A DNA stretch of 64,000 bases. It comes from an uncultured virus (IMG/VR IMGVR_UViG_3300029955_000003) (taxonomy: Duplodnaviria; Heunggongvirae; Uroviricota; Caudoviricetes). Shown here piece by piece: positions 19,236-28,988 of the stretch. Position 1 is the stretch's first letter; the number at the start of each line of letters is the position of its first letter. Below the pieces are notes generated by a model. That model saw only the letters and a list, made by a program, of their open reading frames with translations. It ran no database searches and was not told the origin of the DNA. A program made the translations under genes and the position numbers. Location: IMG/VR virus record IMGVR_UViG_3300029955_000003; one strand, written 5' to 3'.

Positions 19236-20267
19236 ATGAGCAATTTTCTCATAGATGATTTAATGAAGTCTAATCCAGCAGCTAAATCAGTCGCTGTATC
19301 GTTACCAACTAACGCTGAGTTTTATAACGTGGGAGAAGTTCTCTCCACAGAGGCTGATCCCGCTAATATAGAAATATTTCCTGTTTCGTTATTGGAAGAG
19401 AACATGTTCAATGATCCTTTCCTAATCCTGTCAGGAAAGGCAACAACCCAATTAATTAAAAGGGTTGCACCTGAGGTCATCAACCCTGATAAACTCGCTG
19501 AAGTGGACGTAGAAGCTATTCTATTGGCATCACGGCTAGCTTCTAACGGAGAAAAGCTTAGTGTCACACACGTATGTCAGAATCCCACAGTTAAAGAGGG
19601 AATTGAATTAGATGCTCAAAGTGAACGCAAGGATGAATTTTTCGAATGTCGGAATAAAACAGACATACAAATAAATTTGTTGCAAGAGATATTAATCAAC
19701 TATCGTCCATTTAATGAAATTGAAGGATTTTTAGATAATTTAATATGCGTATTACCGGGTTCAAACCAAAAGGTTTACATTAAACCGATATCTTTTGAAG
19801 ACGGGATGTACCTTTTTAAGAAATTATACACGACTTATGAAGCTGATAAGAATGAGAATTTTGATATTTTTGATGAGGTATCTGTTGAAAAATATTCAAA
19901 TAAATTTACCGAGATGCAAACCCTCGCAGTAGAAGCGATCTTATCATATATTATGTATGTTGAGAGTTCGTCTGGACAAAAAACATCAGACTTCGATATT
20001 ATCAGAGAATGGTTTGGAAAGTTGGACAAACGTCAAGTTGACGCCATCCAAGAAAAAATATCCAGTTTAAAAACTCATATTGAGGGTTTGGCAAAGGTAA
20101 AATATACCTGCGGATCATGTGGGCATGAAAACACATTTAGATTGGAGTTTGACCCGCAGAAACTTTTTACAAAAGCGGTGGACACCGTGACGCCGATTCA
20201 GTCCTCCGCGCCATTGAAGAAAACGGCAAAAACCGAAAAGACATCATCAAGAATCTTACAAAGATAA
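19236..20267 (+). CDS. baseplate hub assembly protein (gp26-like)
   Basis: LPT..FY, DVEAILLASRLASNGE, C-terminal CGSCGHEN...FDPxxLF. Confidence 0.7.
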   Translation: MSNFLIDDLMKSNPAAKSVAVSLPTNAEFYNVGEVLSTEADPANIEIFPVSLLEENMFNDPFLILSGKATTQLIKRVAPEVINPDKLAEVDVEAILLASRLASNGEKLSVTHVCQNPTVKEGIELDAQSERKDEFFECRNKTDIQINLLQEILINYRPFNEIEGFLDNLICVLPGSNQKVYIKPISFEDGMYLFKKLYTTYEADKNENFDIFDEVSVEKYSNKFTEMQTLAVEAILSYIMYVESSSGQKTSDFDIIREWFGKLDKRQVDAIQEKISSLKTHIEGLAKVKYTCGSCGHENTFRLEFDPQKLFTKAVDTVTPIQSSAPLKKTAKTEKTSSRILQR

Positions 20268-20407
20268 GCCTTGGGTTCGACGGCGCAATGAACTACGAAT
20301 CTCTTAAACGTTATCCATCATTTGAGATAGATTACATTTTAGAGGCTTTGAAAGAACACCGTACCGCAGAAGCTGAAGCGATAGAAAAAGCGGGGAGAAA
20401 AAAATAG
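20153..20407 (+). CDS. overlapping -1 frame ORF (gp51-like small baseplate/tail chaperone), possibly reached by frameshift
   Basis: -1 frame open from 20153 to TAG 20405-20407: ...IIKNLTKISLGFDGAMNYESLKRYPSFEIDYILEALKE...; no SD-led start. Confidence 0.55.
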   Translation, partial: PAETFYKSGGHRDADSVLRAIEENGKNRKDIIKNLTKISLGFDGAMNYESLKRYPSFEIDYILEALKEHRTAEAEAIEKAGRKK

Positions 20408-20430
20408 GGAATAGGTTGTTCCCTATTTTT
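20401..20430 (+). terminator. intrinsic terminator
   Basis: AAAATAGGGAA...TTCCCTATTTTT at the end of the -1 frame ORF. Confidence 0.7.
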
Positions 20431-20461
20431 ATAAATATTATTTGATTTAAGGCAAATTTAA

Positions 20462-21454
20462 ATGATTCAAACTTCGCTAACAGAAGAGCTATTAACAGAA
20501 TTCGGATTTTTGAAGAAGCAGAAGGCTAAAGCACTCGCTCAAAAATACGCTGATCACTTTGAACAAATGTCAGATGAGGATAAAAAGTATTGTAAGGATA
20601 ACGCTCCTGACTTCTTTGCGGCAATCGTGTTCAGATTTTATAAAGCAAATTATGAGAATTATGCTATCCCAACAGAAGATGCAAAATTTATAGATGACAA
20701 TTTAGATAATTATTGGTCTAAATTCATGTTGAACCGCTTCAGTGCGGATTTACCGATGTCTGTTTTGTCTCTTCGTCCTAACGATATGAGAATGTTAGCA
20801 AAAGACGCCACACTTGGTCCAAAATATTATGAAACTTTATTCGAGGTTCTGAAAACCAGTCCAGAAACACTTTTCGAAAAAAGTCCTAATGACAACAACT
20901 TAACGATTGCTCAGAAAAGAATTCTAAATTCAGATTTGGCTGGTAAGGGATTGTTATATAACCAGACTGTAGAATATTATAGGGCGCGTAATCAATTTGA
21001 AATAGACCCGCGTTATGATATGTCTAAGACAGGGAAAGCGCCGCCGCCAAAACCACAACCCGGCGCGCAACCAATACAACCTAATAATCAACCACCCGGA
21101 AAGGGAAAAGCTGGCGCGGCTCAAAACGCCCCACCACCACCCTCAACGCCTAAGATGGTATTTTCTAATAAGATAAAAGATCATGATATTAATAAACAGA
21201 ACAATAGACATCTGAGCGATCAGATTATTGATGAAATTATCAGTGACCCGGCATTATTCTTTTACGGTTCGGAAGATGATAAAAGAGTTGCTAAGAATAT
21301 AGTATTAAAAAATATTATTCCTCAGTTAGAAAAACAATCTGGTTTTCTTGAATATTTTTATGATTGGCTTAAAACTGGGCATCCTAAGACGCGTGGTCAA
21401 TTAGATAAAATGCAAGATAATTTGTCTAATTTAATGGTTAAACACCGGCAGTGA
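20462..21454 (+). CDS. hypothetical late protein with Pro-rich linker
   Basis: TATAAATA at 20430-20437; 330 aa. Confidence 0.7.
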   Translation: MIQTSLTEELLTEFGFLKKQKAKALAQKYADHFEQMSDEDKKYCKDNAPDFFAAIVFRFYKANYENYAIPTEDAKFIDDNLDNYWSKFMLNRFSADLPMSVLSLRPNDMRMLAKDATLGPKYYETLFEVLKTSPETLFEKSPNDNNLTIAQKRILNSDLAGKGLLYNQTVEYYRARNQFEIDPRYDMSKTGKAPPPKPQPGAQPIQPNNQPPGKGKAGAAQNAPPPPSTPKMVFSNKIKDHDINKQNNRHLSDQIIDEIISDPALFFYGSEDDKRVAKNIVLKNIIPQLEKQSGFLEYFYDWLKTGHPKTRGQLDKMQDNLSNLMVKHRQ

Positions 21455-21487
21455 AAAACACATAAGTAATTCATAAAGGAATTACTT

Positions 21488-22006
21488 ATGAAAGTATTAG
21501 GGATTGATCCGGGGTTATCTGGCGGGATTGCATTTTATGATGTGAGTGAACTACATGTGTTTGCTACACCAGTATTTTCAGTAATCTTTACTAAAAATGG
21601 TAAAAAAAAGAAAAGAAATGAAATGGATTTGAAAAAAACCGTTTCATTGATTCAAGAATTTGCTCCCGACATCGCAATCCTCGAAAGTGTGACGGCACGT
21701 CCCGGTCAAGGCTCAACGAGCATGTTCAGGTTTGGCGAAAATTTAGGGCAGTATGAGGGTATATTATCTGGATTACACATCCCCTTTTTCAAAATAAGAC
21801 CACAAAAATGGAAAGCAGCTTACAGTTTACATTCTGATAAGAATGACAGCTTGGCGCTGGCGCGCGTACTATTTCCAGACAATTTGAAAAGTTTTAAATT
21901 AAAAAAGAATGATGGTATGGCTGAAGCCGCCCTGATGGCAAAATATGGATACGACAATTATAAAGAGTCCGGGTTGTCTATTGATAATGGCGATGATCTT
22001 GACTAA
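21488..22006 (+). CDS. ruvC: RuvC-like Holliday junction resolvase
   Basis: LGIDPGLSGG, ILESV, SMFRFG, PQKWK, DGMAEAALMA. Confidence 0.88.
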   Translation: MKVLGIDPGLSGGIAFYDVSELHVFATPVFSVIFTKNGKKKKRNEMDLKKTVSLIQEFAPDIAILESVTARPGQGSTSMFRFGENLGQYEGILSGLHIPFFKIRPQKWKAAYSLHSDKNDSLALARVLFPDNLKSFKLKKNDGMAEAALMAKYGYDNYKESGLSIDNGDDLD

Positions 22007-22015
22007 CTAATAAAC

Positions 22016-22618
22016 ATGAAAATTATTGGATTAGCCGGTAAAGCCGGTTCCGGGAAAGACCATGCTCACCAAGTGCTCAAAGAATATTACGAGCAACAGG
22101 GATTAAAAACGACACGACTGTCGTTTGCCTCTAGATTAAAAGATATCAGTACCTTGCTTTTTGGATGGGACAGACATCGGTTAGACTATGATATAGATTA
22201 TAAAGAAACCATGTTGAATGACGGCGTGGTTGATCCAGCATGTGAAATGTTAGGCATGACTCGTAGAGTGTTTATGCAAAAGCTCGGCACCGAGGCTATG
22301 CGTGACGGTATTCATAATGATTTTTGGATCATCTGTCTACAGCTTGATATCAATTCGGGAATGTATGATGGCTTTGATATCGGGTTTGTTACTGATTGTC
22401 GCTTTGCAAATGAATTTGACTTCATTCATAAGAATGAAGGCGAGTTAATTAAAATTGTACGGACAGATACTGGCACTTTGACCACAGAAACTACCCATTC
22501 CTCTGAAACAGGGGTTGATAATTATTCAAATTGGTCTAAAATAATATTAAATGAAGTTGATTCTTCTCTTTCACTTGAAGAAAATAATCAAATCTTTCTA
22601 ACAAAACTCGTAGGATAA
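22016..22618 (+). CDS. deoxynucleoside monophosphate kinase (gp1-like)
   Basis: GKAGSGKD P-loop, SFASRLK, QKLGTE, TDCRFANE, HSSE. Confidence 0.9.
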   Translation: MKIIGLAGKAGSGKDHAHQVLKEYYEQQGLKTTRLSFASRLKDISTLLFGWDRHRLDYDIDYKETMLNDGVVDPACEMLGMTRRVFMQKLGTEAMRDGIHNDFWIICLQLDINSGMYDGFDIGFVTDCRFANEFDFIHKNEGELIKIVRTDTGTLTTETTHSSETGVDNYSNWSKIILNEVDSSLSLEENNQIFLTKLVG

Positions 22619-23758
22619 ATGATGAAGTATATTAAAGTTGCAGTCCCTGACGATTTCTCGGAAGAAACCGAGAGTTTTAACATTGGCGATCAAACGTTTC
22701 CAATTTGGAAGCCTGTTTATACTGATGTTTTAGATCATGGACATATTGGGTTAGTCGATTTTCTTGGCGCTGATCAATCCATTGTTAATGCAGCGAGAGT
22801 TTCTTATCAGAAGGGAACAACCCGAACGAGTAATAATCGCGGGCTTATCCGTTATATGATGAAGCATTTGCACATGACTCCTTTTGAAATGTGTTCTTTC
22901 GTTTTTCATGTTAAAGCGCCTATATTTGTATTTCGTCAGTGGCATCGCCATAGGACTGCGCATATCAATGAAATGAGCGGTAGGTACTCGGTGTTAGAGG
23001 AAACAACTTATTTCCCATCCTTTCAGAACTTAGCTCCCCAATCCAAAACTAATAATCAAGGAAGAGTTGATGAAACTTTGACTGAGAACGATTATTTTGC
23101 GGTTAGGGCAATCTTTGATCATGTTTATAGAGAAGCATTTATTGGTTATAATCACGTTCTTGGTCCTAAAGAAATAAAGGATGAAAGTGGTGCTGTAATC
23201 GGTACGGCAACGTCCAATCCCCCGGATGCAATTGAGGCTCGTAGACTATTTGTAGAACAAGCTGCTGTTAATGCGCTTCGTAAGGCTCGTGATCTTAATT
23301 CAGAAAAGGTATGGACGGAAGAAGACATTCAGGAAGTAATTGAAGATTTTTATATTGCTAATGATTTAGCTATTGTCTCTAAGGAATTTCCCGGAATAGC
23401 CAGAGAATTAGCGAGAATGTTGTTACCCGTGGCAACCTATTCGGAAATGTATTGGAAATGTGATCTAAGAAACATATTCAATTTTATTAGATTGCGCGCC
23501 GACCCCCATGCTCAGTATGAAATCAGAGTATATGCCGAAGAGATGTATAAATTGATTGAACCGTTTGTTCCATTAGCTTGTGAAGCCTTTAATGACTATA
23601 TTGCGCTTGCTAAAACACTTTCTAAGTATGAAGTTGATATTGTCAAGGGATTTGTTTCCGCGTTAACTGGTGAAGATAAAATAAAAATTGAAGCGTCCAT
23701 GTTAGAAAATGGGTCTTCTAAAAGAGAAATTGGAGAATTCTTCTCAACATTTTCCTAA
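22619..23758 (+). CDS. thyX: FAD-dependent thymidylate synthase with internal insertion
   Basis: AARVSY, HMTPFE, RQWHRHR..INEMSGRY, ARELARMLLP, HAQYEIR. Confidence 0.95.
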   Translation: MMKYIKVAVPDDFSEETESFNIGDQTFPIWKPVYTDVLDHGHIGLVDFLGADQSIVNAARVSYQKGTTRTSNNRGLIRYMMKHLHMTPFEMCSFVFHVKAPIFVFRQWHRHRTAHINEMSGRYSVLEETTYFPSFQNLAPQSKTNNQGRVDETLTENDYFAVRAIFDHVYREAFIGYNHVLGPKEIKDESGAVIGTATSNPPDAIEARRLFVEQAAVNALRKARDLNSEKVWTEEDIQEVIEDFYIANDLAIVSKEFPGIARELARMLLPVATYSEMYWKCDLRNIFNFIRLRADPHAQYEIRVYAEEMYKLIEPFVPLACEAFNDYIALAKTLSKYEVDIVKGFVSALTGEDKIKIEASMLENGSSKREIGEFFSTFS

Positions 23759-23833
23759 ATAATAATAGAAATATATAATATGCCTTCTGTCGGAGTGAAG
23801 CCCTGTGATTAAATATCATGGGGTTTTACTTTT

Positions 23834-26143
23834 ATGGCAACAAACACACCACAATCTAAATTTGATCTTAATAGAGACACGGCATATGGCAAGAGGTTAT
23901 CTACTGAAGTTCAGAGATTAACCAAGGCAATAGAAAAATCGCGTCGTGATGGTGATGCCGCTGCTGAGATAGCATTAAAAGCAGAGTTATCTAAAGTTAT
24001 TGCTGAATTCCGTGAGCTATCACGCAGTACATCCGCTTCTATTCAAATGATGAGTTCTTTAACTAGAAACATCAAAGAACTTACTGGGGTTACGGCGCTC
24101 TTAGAAAAGACACAAAAATATCATAGCTTAACACAAGATTTCCACGCCGCGCCATCTGATGAAACAAAATCAAGACTCCTGATGGGTGCAGCGATAACGG
24201 AATTTGCAGAAGCCGCACACTTATTTGGTCAATATGTTCATGAACTACTGCCATCCTTACGCCAAGGGCGTACTACTAGCGGTGAGATGACCGGTGGTTC
24301 TCTTAGTGCTATTTGGAATAATCTTAGTTCTTTTGGTAAATCGACAACATTTACTCCTGATCAAGTTTCAACGATGTTGAAAAACAATGTTGAAAACATG
24401 CAAGGAAATCTAGGTAATATGGGCATGGGTAAAACCCTTGGTCAGATTGGTGCGGATTTGGGTCAGGCTTTCGTAGCTGCGGAAAAGACAGGCAATGTCG
24501 CTTATAAATCAATGTCTAATGATGATAAAGCTGGTGCATTGTTATCATCATACGAAATGGAACGGCGTACCGGAAACTATCAATCCATAACTGATGCAAA
24601 ATTCTTAGGCGTTTTCACAAGCCAAATGGATGCATTGAAAACGATTAGAGATAATACCGGCGTTTCAATGGAAGTTGCCAAACAACAGTTAGCAAAAGAT
24701 AGAGCCGAAGCACAAGAACAAGCAGCAATTGGTACTATAAGTCAAGAGATGTTACAATCTTTCACTGGCATTAGTAGTATGTTACATGATTCTGGACAGA
24801 CAAAATTAGAATCCTTATATAAAAGATCAATAGCAGCCGGTGGCGTCCAAAATATGATGGTCTCGATGGACGAGAAGGAACGCACAGGATTAATTACTAG
24901 TCCTGATGTAATGAATATGTTACAGCAGTTATTAAATGCTACTAAACGAGGCGGTGATGCAAACACTGCGGGTAATGAAGCATTGGCTATAACAAAAAGA
25001 CAACAGTTAGATTTAAATCGTTACGGATCATATAGTCCCATTTTAGCAAGTAGACTTGATAATGGTATGGGTGCTATACGGTCACAGGCACAAACTTTTC
25101 AAACTGCTGGAATGCCAACTAAAGAATTACAAGATGCTCAAAATAGTCAGGATGGATTTGTATCAGCTATAAATCGTATGGAATTATTATATAATACGAC
25201 TATTGGATCACTGCCCGGTAAAATTGTTACATCAATAATAACTGGTTTTGGTTTAGTTGCCGCTAGGGGTCTTATTGGAAAAGGAATCAGTGGTGCTGTA
25301 GGAGCAATTGGGTCAAAACTCGGATTTGTTGGTAGTGCGTCAAGTATGGCTGGATCGGTCTTAAGTGGAACGCCGGGGGCGATCAATGCTACTGGTCAAG
25401 CTCTTGGAAGCGCCGCCGCAGCGAATTCTTTAGGAGCATCAGCCGCTTCGATTGGAAACACCGCAAGATCACTATCTATGTGGGAAAAATTTGCTGGTGG
25501 CGCAAGTAGTGCCGCTAAATCTCCTTGGGTTAAAGGTGGTGGGTTATTAGCGGCGGGCGGTGAGGCTATTGATGTATTTGCCAATAAAAGATATCTAGAT
25601 GCGGATGGCAATGCATCAGGAAAGAGTGTTGGTGGCGCTACTGGTGCTGTAGCGGGAGCGGGACTAGGTGCGTATGGCTCGGCAGTGGCGGGCGCTGCGA
25701 TTGGTACCGCGATTGGTGGACCGCTTGGAACGATACTAGGTGGTATTGCTGGTATGGGAATAGGTTATTTTGCTGCTCCTAAAGCAGCAAAAATGGGCGC
25801 AGCAGCCGGTGAAGCAGTTGGTGGATTGTTTGATACTGGAAAAGGGGCGGAAATTAAGAATGATTATGAAATTAGAGGTTCATTAGACAGCCAAACCGTA
25901 TACCTGACAAGTATCAAGGATATTCTGGCTCAGTCACTAACCATTCAGACTGAAACATATAATGCTATCATTGGTATGTCGGCAGGAGGAAGCAATACTA
26001 GATTGGCTCCTAAAGCATTACCCGGTATTGGTCGTGGACCTGATTTTTCAGGAGATAAAGCGACCGGCTCGATCAGTCAAAATCCTGTAATGCCCGGTGC
26101 TGGTGCCAGTGCAGGTACTAGTCCTGTAGGTCCAATGGCGTAA
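23834..26143 (+). CDS. tape-measure / baseplate hub-like protein
   Basis: 769-aa helical protein with C-terminal glycine-zipper hydrophobic repeats, in tail cluster. Confidence 0.6.
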   Translation: MATNTPQSKFDLNRDTAYGKRLSTEVQRLTKAIEKSRRDGDAAAEIALKAELSKVIAEFRELSRSTSASIQMMSSLTRNIKELTGVTALLEKTQKYHSLTQDFHAAPSDETKSRLLMGAAITEFAEAAHLFGQYVHELLPSLRQGRTTSGEMTGGSLSAIWNNLSSFGKSTTFTPDQVSTMLKNNVENMQGNLGNMGMGKTLGQIGADLGQAFVAAEKTGNVAYKSMSNDDKAGALLSSYEMERRTGNYQSITDAKFLGVFTSQMDALKTIRDNTGVSMEVAKQQLAKDRAEAQEQAAIGTISQEMLQSFTGISSMLHDSGQTKLESLYKRSIAAGGVQNMMVSMDEKERTGLITSPDVMNMLQQLLNATKRGGDANTAGNEALAITKRQQLDLNRYGSYSPILASRLDNGMGAIRSQAQTFQTAGMPTKELQDAQNSQDGFVSAINRMELLYNTTIGSLPGKIVTSIITGFGLVAARGLIGKGISGAVGAIGSKLGFVGSASSMAGSVLSGTPGAINATGQALGSAAAANSLGASAASIGNTARSLSMWEKFAGGASSAAKSPWVKGGGLLAAGGEAIDVFANKRYLDADGNASGKSVGGATGAVAGAGLGAYGSAVAGAAIGTAIGGPLGTILGGIAGMGIGYFAAPKAAKMGAAAGEAVGGLFDTGKGAEIKNDYEIRGSLDSQTVYLTSIKDILAQSLTIQTETYNAIIGMSAGGSNTRLAPKALPGIGRGPDFSGDKATGSISQNPVMPGAGASAGTSPVGPMA

Positions 26144-26163
26144 ATAATATTAGGAAAATATAA

Positions 26164-26964
26164 ATGTCATCTTTTACAATGATGGAACCGGTTGAGATTA
26201 AAGAATTAACTGCTGATGATAGAACATCTTTAGATAGAATGTTCTATCAGTGTTTTATTATGCTTGGCGGCTCTAACATCCGCGTGGATTTAGAGGATGT
26301 TGATTATGTCATGGCATTTGATAAGGCATTAAAAAAATATCGCGCGATGAGCGAGCGTTCGGTGGTACAAACATACGGCTGTCTCGAATTAAAAGCCAAT
26401 GTTCAAACATACACTTTGAATAAAAGAATTGACTTGGTGCAAAAAGTATTGAGACAAAACAGCTTGGGAATGTCGTCAGGACAGTTTGAACCTTTTTATG
26501 CAGGATTTATTAATTCTACTATGAATTTTTCCAACGGTGGAGCAAACGCCCCCGGTGGTTTGACAACTTATGAACTCATGATGGAATATCAAAATATGGT
26601 TAATAAGTTGTTTGGTAGAGAAATTCATTTCCTTTACCGTAATGAAACCAATACGCTTATTATAACACAGACTCCTAAAGAAAATGAAGTTGTGGCAATC
26701 AGAGTTAGTATGTTGAAAACAGTCGGTGAATTATTAAATGATCATTGGGCGCATGATTGGTTACAAGAATATACTCTTGCTCATGTCCGCGTAATATTAG
26801 GAGAAAAATATTCATTATACGGCTCATTACCGGGCGCACAGGGAAATACCACCTTAAAAGGTAATGAATTAAAACAACAAGGTCATGCTGACATAAAAGA
26901 ATTAGAACAAAGATTGCTAGATTGGGCAGACGGTCAAGGCGTTGCACTGGTTTCAAGAGGATAA
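26164..26964 (+). CDS. gp13: neck protein (gp13-like)
   Basis: LGGSNIRVDL, WLQEYTLA...LGE...LPGAQG..TLKG. Confidence 0.85.
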   Translation: MSSFTMMEPVEIKELTADDRTSLDRMFYQCFIMLGGSNIRVDLEDVDYVMAFDKALKKYRAMSERSVVQTYGCLELKANVQTYTLNKRIDLVQKVLRQNSLGMSSGQFEPFYAGFINSTMNFSNGGANAPGGLTTYELMMEYQNMVNKLFGREIHFLYRNETNTLIITQTPKENEVVAIRVSMLKTVGELLNDHWAHDWLQEYTLAHVRVILGEKYSLYGSLPGAQGNTTLKGNELKQQGHADIKELEQRLLDWADGQGVALVSRG

Positions 26965-26969
26965 TACTT

Positions 26970-27848
26970 ATGTTAACAAAACATTTATTACAATTCAATA
27001 AAATATTAATTAAAGAATCTCCGATATATCTTGATCCCAAAGATGTTCCCGAGTTTTTAAGACATGTTGATGGATATACCGGGCAGAAATTTAGCGCGTC
27101 GGTAACATCAAAAATAGACATTCCCATCACCGCTAACCGGTGGGATGGTGGCTCTAGAGATTCCTATTTTGGTGTTCAATTATCAACCCAAAGAGTGGCA
27201 CCATTAGAACCTAATTCCCAATTAACATTGGATAAGGATCATATGGTTGTAATACATACTATTTCCCGTGGTAAAGACGTAGGTTTGGAATTTATTACCC
27301 ATCCAGACGCAGTTAATAATCTAAAGGTCACTAATGACACTAATGATTTATCACCACTTGAAATGATTGTTTTAAATGCGATTGGTGGATTTACCAGCGC
27401 CGGTCGGGTACGGGAATATGAGGAATACAGGATATCTAAAGATGAGGTAGCAACCACTGTTCAATCTCTAGCATCAAAAGGATATGTTGCGAAAGCCGGT
27501 GCAGGATTTTCAGTAACAATCAAGGGTAAAAATTGGAGGTCTTCCCATAGAAATGAAGTTCCTAGCGCGGAAGAATATATTAAGGCAGCAGCAAACGAGG
27601 CTAAATCTTTCCCTGATAATGAACAAGTCAACATAGACGTATCATACATAGGCACTACCCCTGTTCGGCTATCTACTGGCGTATTCAATTTACTTATTTT
27701 TAGTTATAATGGTAAGTTTGTGGGAACCTTGAAGAAAAAAGACGAGGTACCAGAACAGATAACTCATATTACCGGTATTGCCACTGGATCAGTTGCTAAC
27801 TACGATGGGAAGAAAGTACAAATAATCAAGCGCCCTAAGGCAGAATGA
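26970..27848 (+). CDS. hypothetical protein between gp13 and gp14
   Basis: Likely start MLTKHL with GAGG SD; 292 aa. Confidence 0.7.
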   Translation: MLTKHLLQFNKILIKESPIYLDPKDVPEFLRHVDGYTGQKFSASVTSKIDIPITANRWDGGSRDSYFGVQLSTQRVAPLEPNSQLTLDKDHMVVIHTISRGKDVGLEFITHPDAVNNLKVTNDTNDLSPLEMIVLNAIGGFTSAGRVREYEEYRISKDEVATTVQSLASKGYVAKAGAGFSVTIKGKNWRSSHRNEVPSAEEYIKAAANEAKSFPDNEQVNIDVSYIGTTPVRLSTGVFNLLIFSYNGKFVGTLKKKDEVPEQITHITGIATGSVANYDGKKVQIIKRPKAE

Positions 27849-27857
27849 AGGTAACAT

Positions 27858-28988
27858 ATGCCAAAATTCACACCTATTAAACCATTTGAAATGTATGAGC
27901 CGGGGACCAATTTTGGCAACCCGTCGAAAAATAGCGCATTCATTTCAAACATCGTTGCCGACCAGATTAACATGTCTGGGGTTTGTGTTAACGTGTTTCG
28001 AATGTTGGGTACCTTCGATCAGGATCGCGATGCGCTCGGCATCAAACATGATGAGCATGGCACCAAACTTTCTGCGTTGGATATTGGTTCATTTATAGGA
28101 TTACAAGACCCGGTATTAAATGAAAACCGTGATAGGAAATATGATTTTGATAGTATCCCGGTATTAAAAGGGGTTTATAAAGTTTCTGCAAATGAACTGG
28201 AATATCTTAAATTCGGTATGGCGTTGTCTAATGATGTCATCACAATGGAATTTCATACTAAAACATTAGAAGAAATAATGGGACGTAGATTCATTGTAGG
28301 TGATGTGGTTGAATTGGAGCATTTGAGAGAAGTTGGTATTAATGGAAAATCAGGTAACAAATGGTATGAAGTATCATCGGTTACATGGTCGCCAAATGGG
28401 TATGACGCACAATATAATAGGCATATTCTGGCGATTATATTAAAACCGGTAAGAAATCAACAGGAATTTTTGGATATTCTAGAAAATGTTACAGACCAAT
28501 ATGGTAAAAACATACTTGAACAACTTGGTAATAAACAGAGTTTAGAAGCTATTAATATAGCTAATCAGTCGATGGCTGACGAACAAGCACATATCACTAT
28601 GTATGATACGCATGTAATGTATTTTGATCCAGACAAACGCAATGTAAACCCTTGGTTCCAAAGCGGGAAACCGCCGAATGGTGAACCGGTGCAATATGGA
28701 GCCGGGTTCCCCGGAAATCCTCAGGACGGAGATTGGTTCCTACGGGTGGATTTAATACCAAATAAATTATACCGGTTTGAAGGCGGTGTTTGGAGAATGC
28801 GTCAAGTTGATAACAAGCGTGAATGGCAGCAATATAATTATATTAATGAATTGAGAGAACATTTATCTGATCGGTCAGAGAAGGATAAGGCTCGTAAGTG
28901 GAAATTGCGGTCAATTCATGATGTTATTACCGACAGAGAGGAACGCTCTGATCCTACATGTTCCGATAGTGATGTGAAAGAACCATAA
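27858..28988 (+). CDS. gp14: neck protein (gp14-like)
   Basis: QDPVLNENRDRKYD, KFG, GDVVELEHL; position between gp13 and gp15. Confidence 0.75.
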   Translation: MPKFTPIKPFEMYEPGTNFGNPSKNSAFISNIVADQINMSGVCVNVFRMLGTFDQDRDALGIKHDEHGTKLSALDIGSFIGLQDPVLNENRDRKYDFDSIPVLKGVYKVSANELEYLKFGMALSNDVITMEFHTKTLEEIMGRRFIVGDVVELEHLREVGINGKSGNKWYEVSSVTWSPNGYDAQYNRHILAIILKPVRNQQEFLDILENVTDQYGKNILEQLGNKQSLEAINIANQSMADEQAHITMYDTHVMYFDPDKRNVNPWFQSGKPPNGEPVQYGAGFPGNPQDGDWFLRVDLIPNKLYRFEGGVWRMRQVDNKREWQQYNYINELREHLSDRSEKDKARKWKLRSIHDVITDREERSDPTCSDSDVKEP

